Below are positions 41,395-52,242 of a stretch of DNA of 64,000 nucleotides, one piece after another. Each line of letters starts with the position of its first letter. The first letter of the stretch is position 1. The stretch is taken from the NCBI GenBank assembly GCA_021613535.1, contig CP075496.1, positions 11,532,001 through 11,596,000 of the forward strand. The letters run 5' to 3'. A program made the translations under genes and the position numbers. This DNA comes from Adineta vaga. Its lineage: Eukaryota; Animalia; Rotifera. Below the pieces are notes generated by a model that was not told the origin of the DNA, ran no database searches, and worked only from the letters and a program-made list of their open reading frames with translations.

Positions 41395-42202
41395 ATGATG
41401 ATTGGTTTAATACTTATACTTACTATTATTTCATCTGTTGAATCAATAGCATTGAATGTGACAGGAAAAAGTAACTTATTTATTTTGAATCTTTATTTGT
41501 AGAAAAAAAAATTCATTTCTATTATATTTAGATCAACAAACGTGTTGTGGAACTTGCTTTGTATATGGGTGTCCAGCCGACCAGTGTTGTTCACAATATG
41601 GCTAGTAAGTGATTTTAAAAAGAGAAAGCTTTTCTTTTTCTATGAAACAGTTCATATATTTAGTTGTGGTGCTACCCCCGAACATTGTCAAGGAGCAATT
41701 ACGCAAGGTGATTGTCAAACAAAGGGCTGTCCCGATGGATTATGCTGTTCAAAATTTGGATTCTGTGGAAATACTCCAGAACATTGTGATAAAACACCGA
41801 TCACTAATGGCAATTGTAAAAGAGATGGATGTGCGCCTGGTCAGTGTTGTAGTGTACATGGATTGTAAGAAAGATTTAAAATACTACTATCGTAGACAAT
41901 TTTTGTATGTTCTAGTTGTGGAACCAGTCCTGAACATTGTGGTAATATTGATCTAACAGTCGGACAAGGAAATTGTCAGCAAACGGGATGTGCGCCAGGT
42001 CTCTGTTGTTCACGATTTGGCTTGTATGTCTATAGAATTGAATGAATAGGTATAGATACTGATTGGAACTTTTTTTTTCTCTTCTAGTTGTGGTCGATCA
42101 CCACAGCATTGTTTAGGAACAAATGGTGGTTCAGTAGGCTGTGGCAACTGTGTTGGTGGTATTAATACTAATTGTGGTATTGGTTGTGCTGGAAAAAAAT
42201 AA
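41395..42202 (+). CDS. Secreted protein with four tandem hevein-type (CBM18/Chitin_bind_1) domains
   Basis: Signal peptide followed by four C-x4-C-x4-CCS-x-[YFH]-G-[YF]-CG-x4-HC units across 5 exons. Confidence 0.88.
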
Positions 42203-42787
42203 ATCTATTCTTTGTATCCTTTGCCTAAATAAACAGTCTACAAAGAATATTTCTTCGCTGTTTGAAAGAAAACGCTACCAACTCTGCATCCACTTCTGCT
42301 ATTGTTAGTTACAAAAACTTTCTGATCATTAATCTCATAGATTTGATCATATCTTAAGAAAATTGGACTGCTTGAAAGTATTAATGTAATATTAGAATGG
42401 AATGTTAAAGTATATAAAAAGAATATAAAAATGTACTGATCATCTATTAATTTCATTATGAGAATTAAAAGATCCCGAAGATAATTGTTACAAGAAAACT
42501 GATAACACTAATCCGTTTTGAATTATACGAAACTGATTAACAGAACTTAGTAAACGTAATTTGCTCAGAAATATCACCATAATCATTCTGCACGCTCGAC
42601 AACGACTTCAATCCTCTATAAATGCTATTTGACGCACTTATATCATACACGCATACTAATGTCAATAAATAAGGTAAAAAATTTGCTCGTTTTCATTTCT
42701 ATATTTATCTTCAACAGAAAGTAGAGATTTAATTCCTACGTGTTTTTTATTTTATATTGTTTTGTTATACATACGTTGAGTAATAAC

Positions 42788-43333
42788 ATGAAATTTAAAT
42801 CTAATATTCCTGGCCTAGCAATCACTGGTTGTGTATTTTGTGGTCTAATTGCTGTTATCCATATCTATATATTTGTCTTAGAAGCCATACTATGGCGAAA
42901 ACGAGCAGCGAAAGTGTTTCGTTTACCTCAAGCAATTGTCGATGCTAATGCTGGTTTAGCTTCTAATCAAGGCTTTTATAATCTTCTTCTTGCTGTTGGT
43001 CTTATTTGGGCTCTTGCAGAATTAAATGGATCTATAATGCTATTCTTCTTAGCAGCTGTCTTTACTGCTGGTATATTTGGTGTGATAACTGCATCACCTC
43101 GTATTTTATTTGTTCAAGTTATTCCCTCATTCCTTGGTTTTATTTTTGTTGATTTTGGTTTTTTTCCAACACACGATTGGTCTTATTGGAGACATCCATT
43201 GTATCAATTACTTATTCTCATTGGTGCTGGTCTTATCACCGCTATATTGAGTTTATTTATCAAAAAACGTTTTTTAGAAACTAGTCCAAGTTCATCTTCG
43301 AAATTAGCACCCGAGGATGATGGTACATTATAA
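42788..43333 (+). CDS. DUF1304-family integral membrane protein, intronless CDS
   Basis: IHIYIFVLE..LW, ASNQGFYNLLLAVGL and FGVITASPRILFVQVIP are typical of bacterial/fungal DUF1304. Confidence 0.8.
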   Translation: MKFKSNIPGLAITGCVFCGLIAVIHIYIFVLEAILWRKRAAKVFRLPQAIVDANAGLASNQGFYNLLLAVGLIWALAELNGSIMLFFLAAVFTAGIFGVITASPRILFVQVIPSFLGFIFVDFGFFPTHDWSYWRHPLYQLLILIGAGLITAILSLFIKKRFLETSPSSSSKLAPEDDGTL

Positions 43334-43590
43334 GAAATAAATATTTGAAATAATGCCAATCATAAATAAAACTTTCTTTTCTTTTAAACTTTTATTTGAA
43401 TTTTTGTTCTAATTCAGATTCTTCAAAAAAAACAATGTTTATATGGATAATATACAAAAACAAAACAAAACGTAAACGTAAGTGAATACGTGATGAATGT
43501 GCAGTGCCTGATTAAATTACTTTCATCTTTGGAATAAAGATTAAATATACAGCATGCGTAATATGAAAAGCAAAGTATTTTCACATAGAT

Positions 43591-44021
43591 CTATTTCCCC
43601 AAATTTGTTCCATTTGTACCATGTCCACCTGTACCAATAGAATGACCACCGTGAGCATTTTCATGTCCTAATTGTCTACCACGTTCGGCAGGATCAGGAT
43701 TCATACCTGGATGTAATTCTTCTTGACTAAAGTGAGATGTATCTGATGCATGTTTTCCGCCGACAGGTTGATTACTGCCTATAACAATGTAGATATACAA
43801 GTTAAGAATCGATTTTTCGAAAGTTTTTAAAACTACATACCAGCACAACCGCTACCTGCTCCATGACCACCTGTTCCTACAGATTGTCCACCATGCGCAT
43901 TTTCATGGCCGAGTTGTTTACCTCGTTCAGTAGGATCAGGTGACATACCTGGATGAGTTGGATCTTCTGGTTGATTATCATTTGATTGTTTATCTCCAGC
44001 TTGTTGTGCTCCGTCTGACAT
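43591..44021 (-). CDS. Small Gly/His-rich hydrophilic two-repeat protein (hydrophilin/LEA-like candidate), about 122 aa
   Basis: Exons 44021-43841 and 43778-43591 splice in frame; each carries HPGMxPDPxERGxQLGHENAHGGxSxGTGGHG. TATAAATA-like box on the minus strand near 44111-44118. Confidence 0.8.
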
Positions 44022-45016
44022 AATAGTAATATTAAGAGTTTTGTATATAAAAGAGTGTAAGTTGTTGTGTTGAAATAGAACTGAATGACTATAGACAAGA
44101 CAAGCGCTGCTATTTATAGGAATATTTTCTTTCTTTCTTTGATAATTGTTCTAGAATGAATCGAATAAAAATAAAATTCTAGTGAGTGTACTCTTTCTCC
44201 TTTGCTTCTTTTTTTGGAAGTATGCTACGAGAAGAAAAAAGTTATATGATTCTTGTTTGTTTATTGGTCGGCTGAGAAAATGAAGCAAAGGTCATGTGAG
44301 AATGTAACATAATGGCGTATGTCCATTGTTGATGCAGTTGACGTTTTTCTTTTTTTACAGAATAAGAGCAACCAGACAGATTCTTCTCTTTCTTTTTCAT
44401 TTGCATTTACTATAGTAACGAACAAATGACTAGCAAGCATATCTACGCCGTTTTATTTTCTAAAAGATAATGTATGTAGAAAGAAAAATTTTTAAGAAGG
44501 TGTGTTCGTCGTGATAGTAACCGAGTCATTCAGTTGAAAGAAGAATTTCATTCTAAACGTACAAATATACTGTTAAATTCAAAGCCGACATTGACTATTA
44601 ATAAAATGAATGATTTATAAAATACAAAAAAGAAATATAACGTTTGATTTCTACTTATTATTACTATTCTGACTGAATAATCAGAGTTATATTTCATATA
44701 AAATCGCAATTATTAATACGTAAAGATCAGTTTACACTTTCATGTGACATAATTTTGCACGATAAATATACCCGACGCAAAAAATGTTCACCAATAGATA
44801 CAATTGTATTCCAAGATTCATTTGCTATTATCAAGTATAATTTAGTACTATTTAAAATTCAATTTAATATTATTAGAAAAAAAGCGCAAGATTTCATTTT
44901 TTTGATGTTGATGAAATTTTTTTCTTTAATCAATACTCGTTTCATTGATGTGGAATGTGGATTCTGTATTTGCTATCTATTCACTTATTTCGAATATTTC
45001 GATAAAACATCAAACA

Positions 45017-45247
45017 ATGTCAAATAATATTATTTCTTCTTATAATATGGTAATAATCATATTTTTTAGTTTGATTTGTTTAATAATTTTTCTATATATT
45101 ATAAAATTAACCATTCGACAATGTCAAAAATATTTCAAACAATCCGATTTATATTTGAAGAAAAAAACAATATCGAAATTGACTCGAATAGAAAAACAAA
45201 TCAGTCAAACATCAAGTGAAACGAATGCAAGTCAATTAAATACATGA
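45017..45247 (+). CDS. Possible small single-pass membrane protein
   Basis: 76-aa ORF with a hydrophobic stretch followed by basic residues; could be spurious in AT-rich DNA. Confidence 0.3.
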   Translation: MSNNIISSYNMVIIIFFSLICLIIFLYIIKLTIRQCQKYFKQSDLYLKKKTISKLTRIEKQISQTSSETNASQLNT

Positions 45248-45309
45248 ATTACGAGGAAATGTATGCTTTTTACTGTTTATATACTTGAAAATAAGTTATA
45301 GACATCAGA

Positions 45310-45382
45310 GTTCTGTTGGTGTAGCGGTTATCACATCTGCTTAACACGCAGAAGGTCGCAGGTTCGACACCTGCACAGAACA
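45310..45382 (+). tRNA. tRNA-Val (AAC)
   Basis: Acceptor stem GTTCTGT/ACAGAAC, anticodon arm TCTGC-TTAACAC-GCAGA, GGTTCGA T-loop and a downstream poly-T Pol III terminator. Confidence 0.95.
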
Positions 45383-47756
45383 CTCTCTTTTTTTTCCCGT
45401 TCTGTCAGTTGTTGTCAGCGTCACTGGTAATGCTAGAAGATTTTTTTGCAAAGACATTTTTTCTTCTTCTACCGACGCATATATTATTCTATAAAATACT
45501 ATTAAGACCTATATTTTCTTTAGTCAAAAAATCTCGATAATAGACCATCAAATATGAATAGACTCGGTTATATAGTTAGTCTTTTGATAAAAAAGAAGGA
45601 AATTTTTCATCAATATTTTATCTCAGTGATGGATATTGACAAACCAACCGGATGTGCTTATTCTTTTTTTTTTATTATTTCAACTTTACATTAATATAAT
45701 GCCTTCATGCTATCAAATATGTTTTCTCATTAAATCTTCTCAATTCTATCGAGTTTCTTGACAATTGATTGAAAAATTCAAAAAAATATTTGCTGACTGA
45801 AACAAACGTCAACGTTCAATATGTCAGTTCAGATAACTAGAGCGAGCGAGGAGAGAAAGTTTGGAAGGGATAGACAGTGCATTTTCATTTTCTCTATCGA
45901 AAGTATCTGTTGACACCTGTAGTTCGGTTAGTTTGTATTTGAAAAACGAGGAGTTACCGTGCATTGACACGTATGTTGATTACATAGATCTTTTTTGTTA
46001 CGCTTCTCGAATATTATATTCTATGCAATAATTACATTTTATTGATGTCGAGGTACATGCTTCATATTTGTGAATCACTCGATTAAAGTCAACAGTTTCT
46101 ATTTCCATAAGTTCCCGATAAGACTTGTTTTGGAAATAATATTAGTTCAAACATTTATTTTATTGACAGAACAATTCACATTCTGAATATATATGCATAT
46201 CATTGATAGGAAAGATCGAAGTTCATTTGATTAAGCATTCTAGTACTTCATAGTCGATTATTCGTTAGAAAAACTATATCATAGTTTTATCTCTAGAAGA
46301 TAATCTATATACTTTCTAATTTACATTAGCTGCTAGTGGTTTGTTTTCAAATCAAAAAGAAGCATGTAAATTAAGCATGGATTTCTTTATTCCTATTTGG
46401 TATAAAATAAATATGAGGATAATATTGGCTTATTCAAAAATTTATCAAGGCAAAAATTTAGCAAAAGAATGATGTTTCCGCATTTAGCATAACAAGCAGC
46501 AAAATTTCCGTTTGTTTTGTCGGTTCATTCACATCGACTTAATCTGTAATGTATATGTCAAATCAATTTTTCATATCATAGAGTAAGTAACGATGAAATT
46601 CTATTGATATATATATATATAGAGAGAGAGACACAATCCCAATTGTGAATGATTCAACTGTTCGAAAGACTTGCGAGTATCACGTCTGAGAACGTACATT
46701 CGATCCTTAGTTTTTAAATTATCTCTATGTCGTGAATAGAAAATAGGGAAAGCCCACTTCATCTTTTATGTTTCATGTAAGATTTCATGATTAATGATTA
46801 ATTAGCCTGAGGCTATAATTATGTTCTTTTTTTGCTACTAAATTAGAAGTTCTATGTATTTGTATTTAATTTGGAATACCTTGGCATAATTACGAACCAA
46901 AACGAAGGAAATTTTTCGGATAATACCATTGGATATGTAATTCATTTGCTTGTTTTTTTTTTCTTTATGATTTCGAAAATGACATTAGATGAGAGTAGTG
47001 AATAAAATCTTCTTGAAAAAGAAAAAAAAGTAGAGTTTAACGAGAAGAATGGAATGCATGACAAAGAAAAAGAGAGAGGATATTTCTATTTTTTTTAGTT
47101 TGCTCTTGTGTAAAAGCGTATTAGAATTTTCCCAACAGCTCTACTTATTTGCTAAATCATGAAAAGAAGAATGATAATAAGAGAGAAGAAGCTCTAGAAA
47201 ACGGTATTATTTTGTGTCATCAGATTACTGGTAACTGAAAAGAAATAGAATGTCTTGCTCAAAGGATCTGTCAACACCAATCTGTAGATGAGAAGACAAA
47301 GAAGAAAAATTTCATTTTTACACTCAAGAAAAACATCAGAATAATTTTAATATTGAATACTTCATCGGTAAATCTCTAGTTTAAAAAATATCACATGTGC
47401 TATTCCCAAAAGAATAAGAAATATTGACGTTAGTAATTCGTTCAATTATCATAGTTAAAAATATTGCTGTTTTGTCCTAACGGTGAGAGAGAGAGAGAGA
47501 TAGAGAAAGAGTAATGATGCGTCTTAAGAACTTTGAAAGTACATCTTAAATTTGTTCTTATCTTACATTTCCTAGCATAAACATCTTCTGCTAAGTTTAT
47601 CTACATGATGAGAGAGTGAAAATATATAATGATCTCTTTAGTTATAATCTTTTTTTGTCATGTTAAATGAGCTTTATAGGTCATATTATTCTTCTATTGT
47701 TTTTTCTAATATTGTAGTTAGTGAACAAATGATATAGTAAGCATGAAAGAGGCAAT

Positions 47757-47760
<4 letters not shown>

Positions 47761-47789
<29 letters not shown>
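47761..47789. repeat. (AG)n microsatellite upstream of the aminergic GPCR
   Basis: About 14 consecutive AG units; a shorter run lies near 47485-47500. Confidence 0.9.
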
Positions 47790-48157
47790 CGAGAAGAAAA
47801 AAAAAGCAGAAGAGGAAAATCGCTACTGATTTTTCTTGTCGTTCTATTCAATCACCCATTCTTGTCTTTATGTTCGAAGCTGATATTCTTTTGCGTGTCC
47901 AAGTGATTCAATTCGTTAGCTCCAATCACCTACTGAGATGACGATGATGAATAAGATATATTCTTTTTTTCTTTTCCCTGCTTCTTTCCACTTCATAGTC
48001 AAGAGTTAACTTCCCGAAAATCGTTGTAGAGTCTTACCATGCATTTATCTATTCATTTCAGATGTAATTCAATTCAAATATATCTCTATCTCATTGTATA
48101 CATACATAAACAATTCTCCTATATTCGATCGATTCGGTTTCTCTTGTGGTATTAATA

Positions 48158-50050
48158 ATGGTATCAGCTTCGTGGTTATCAATTGAAATTGTATCTTTTT
48201 ATTCATTTATTATTTTAATTATTCTCTTAACTGTTGGTGGAAATCTTGTTGTTCTTTTTGCTTTCTACAATGATCCTCATCTATTAACACCATCGAATAA
48301 TTTTCTCTTATCTATGGCAATTGCTGATTTACTTGTTGGCCTTATTGCTATGCCATTTTATTCGTAAGTTATTTGATAAAAATTCAAACTCTTTTAATTT
48401 ATTTTCTCATGAATATAAACTAGATTTGCTCAATTAAAAGGTTTTTGGCCATTTGGAGGGCTTTTCTGTAAAATATGGTTGACTATTGATGATGTCGCAA
48501 CCATGGCTAGTGTATTATCAATTGTTGCAATAACTATTGAACGTTATTGGAGTATTAATCATAGTGTTCATTATCGTCGTCATACAACAAAAACACGAAT
48601 TCGAATATTTTCTGTTCTCATTTGGCTTATTCCTTTGATTAATTTTGCACCAGGAATTTGGTTACTTGATCCTATTGATACAATTCCAACGACAAATATA
48701 ACAAAGAAAAGCAATCCTGAATGTATTGGTGCATATCATTCACATACAATTTATTTAATTGTTGCTCAAATCAATTTTTTTGCATGGCCATTAGTTGTTA
48801 TTCTTATACTTAATGCATTGATTGTCGGTAGTCTTTATCGACGATCTCATCGCTTTCCAACATTGAATAATTCTCTTGAACAACGTAAAGATAATGGATT
48901 ACAAGATATAAAACTAGACAAAAATGATGAACGACAAAACAGACATGAACATACAATTGAGAATGATGAAGGAACAATATCAAATAGTAATGATAATCAT
49001 TGTCAAACATACAAAAATGATGGCGAGGTAATTTAATTTTTTTCTGATCAGGAAATCTATTCAATATGATTTATCGAGTAGAAATAGAAGACAATAACAA
49101 AATTTCAATATTTAAAAGACTAGACATAAAATTTCTCATCTGATTATGAGTATCTATTAATTGAAAATTTATATCTTATTTTTGATGAAATTGATAAAGA
49201 GAATTACTCCCTTCATAGGAAGAAATTCTATGGCATGTTAATATGTAATCTCGATGATTGAGAATGAGGTAAAAAAATAACATAATAGAGCACAAATTTT
49301 ATCTTCAATTAATTACTTTTTGTTTTTTTTTATAAAAATAGAAATTAAGATTTAAATATAGGTGATTATTTTTATCAATAGGCACATAATCACGACCATT
49401 TCGGTACTATGATTCCACCAGTAATTAAAGAAGTTGAAGAACCTTTAGTTGAAGATGAAGTCATTGCTTCTCAACCATCACAATCAAATCATATATCATC
49501 ATCCAACGAAACAGAAACTCGACCATCAGCATCCAGATTTTATATTCGTATTAAAAAAGTTCTTTTGTCTTCATCAACACCTGATGAATGTCAATCATCA
49601 AAATCGACACAAACATTACATAGACAACAGCAAAGACAGAAACGAGAATCTCAATCGATATTTACATGGCGTTATAATTCATTTCGTTTATCTAAAAGAA
49701 ATATGACGTCAAATAGTGGTGAACAACGTACGGTTCGACGTTTAAGACGAGATAAACGTGCTGCCACATCACTTCTTATTCTTGTTCTTGTATTTATGAT
49801 TTTTTTATTACCTTATGTTGTTGTTGTTGTTGCTGGAAGTATTTTTTCATTAGAAATCTTAACCGATACAAATGGACAATTATATTCAGCTGCTTTTTGG
49901 CTTTTATGGCTCAATTCAACTGTCAATCCAATTCTCTATCCATTTATTCAGCCAAAATTCCGTGATGCATATAGAAGAATCTTTCTAAGAATAATAAGAC
50001 GACGACGACGGTTGGCATCTCTTATTGCTGACATGCAACGAAATAAATGA
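48158..50050 (+). CDS. Class A aminergic GPCR, histamine H3/H4- or muscarinic-like
   Basis: GN (TM1), SMAIADLLVG, WLTIDD (Asp3.32), ERY, long ICL3, and FWLLWLNSTVNPILYP. Confidence 0.88.
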
Positions 50051-50764
50051 TTTATTAGATTTATATATAAAATGTTAGATTACTAAATTATCTTAAAGAA
50101 ATACAAATCTTTTCTTTTTTTTTCAAAAAAAATGCATTCTAAACAAATGTTAATGTCGATTGTGAACCACTTTTTTTCTAACTAATTGAAAGATGATAGA
50201 GATATTTTTATGTATTCGAAAAGAATATATTTGTATATTTGTAGTAAAAAACAAATACATTTCAATTGTTTCTCAAGAGACAAAGACATGAATATTGATG
50301 GCATTATGTAACGCGATAGTATTTATTGAACCAATAAAATCAAAAGAATGATCATATTCAGTTCTTTTCGAGATTTTTTTCAAGTATCTATCTATACTTC
50401 AAGTAGATCAATAGACAAATATGAGTTACATTTTGGTTAATCATTCTAATGAAATGTTTTGTATTTATTTTTGATTTGACTTGAACAACAAATGTGAAAG
50501 AATATCATTCATTCCTACAAATCTTCTTTTCAAGATTAAATTTAAAATCATAAATATTTTCTTATGAACGGGCAAATATATTGTGAGAAAAGACACCAAA
50601 ACAAATTGTATACTATCTTTGTTAGTTATTAAACATGACATCTATACATGAAAATAAGAGTTATTAAACTAATCGGATTAACTGAAATGTTTTTGTAACA
50701 GATATTAAATAAAGTTTGACAAGAAATGAACGGATATTTGTATATATGTATATATATAATTTCT

Positions 50765-51178
50765 TCATTTGACTTCTTTAACTGTTTCTTGTTCTGGTTC
50801 TCGAAAACCCATACAATAGCAGAGAACTCCAAGAAGAAAAACAACCAGAAATATACCTAAAGTAAAATTATGTTTATTGTTTTATCTTGTAGTCGATAGG
50901 ATATTTACCTCCGAGTATTAATTGAATAACAGCCCAGACAGGAAAAAAGCCATTCATTAAAGAATCGGGTTCGACACGTCCAAAATTATCACGCGTCAAT
51001 GCAACTACTTCATCTTTTGGTATAGATGTACCATGAAGATCTGCACCATACACTACTAAAGTTTATGATATGAATAAATTTAGTCAGAATGTGAAATAGA
51101 TATGTATTACTAACCTGTCGTTAACATTATTAAATAAACTATTGAAAGTCCAAAAAGAGTTGCAACAAATGAATTCAT
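50765..51178 (-). CDS. Small type I membrane protein (3 exons, about 100 aa; not in the ORF track)
   Basis: MNSFVATLFGLSIVYLIMLTT (signal), then ADLHGTSIPKDEV.., TM FFPVWAVIQLILGGIFLVVFLLGVLCYC and tail MGFREPEQETVKEVK*; both GT-AG introns are in phase. Confidence 0.7.
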
Positions 51179-52242
51179 TGTATTACTAAATGATATAACT
51201 GAAAAGATTGTTCTAAAATAAATAATATATATATCATTGCTAAAGTTTATAACAACGGAGAAAATATCGTGACTATTTTTTTAATGATTTGTACGATCAT
51301 TTCTGACGTTAAAGGTAAGTAATCGATTGAAACAACTATTTGAGTATGGAGTGTAACTTGTTATAGCCAAAATGATCAATGTTTTTTTTTCTCTCTCTTT
51401 AGTTGATCAAGAAGAGAACGAGAAGAACGTATTGATGAGACATACGGTGTGCATTTGACCGTATCCAACATACCTTGTGGGGGCCAAAAACATATCTGTC
51501 TCTCTTTATAACCAAATAAATCAACAAATCAAATGTAAACTCTTATAAAGATGAGTGCATGCATAATACTCAATGTATAACAAAAATATATGTTTAAAAC
51601 AATGAACTGAAAAACAATTATTACGAAATGAAATATGTATCGATAGTGATCATCAATTAATCGTATAGGATAATTTCTCATAGATGGAGTACTACGGAGA
51701 CAGATGAAATGAAAAGCAGGAATGACATTGCTGTAATTTCTACGTTAGAATTTAAAAATTGTATTCGATTCTGTATGTTTGTTATTTTGGAAATTATCAT
51801 GGATTGAATTACAATCTTTTCCTTTTAGATCCATAACATTGAAATGCATGTGTATGTTAATCCATCAAAATATATGGTAAAAAAATGTTTTAATTAGATA
51901 ATTGTCAAACACCGGACAATAAAAAAAAAGTAAAATAAATGTCGTGAAAATGGAACTTTGAAAAAAGTTGTTTAGGTTAGAGAAATTATCTACAAATAGT
52001 TGTTCATTCGTTCTGTTTGTATCAATGAGCATTTTCTTCGTATAAAATTGAATAAGATCAACCTAGAAAACAAAACAGAACAAACATAAGTCAATCTTTG
52101 TTTTACAATAAAAAGATATCGATGTTAGTAATAAAGAAGATATTAACAAAGTTAGGTATTACATTAGTACACACGAACACAGACGTATATTACCGATAGC
52201 ATAAAAATATTCATTAAATAGAAATATTAAAAAAAGGATCAA

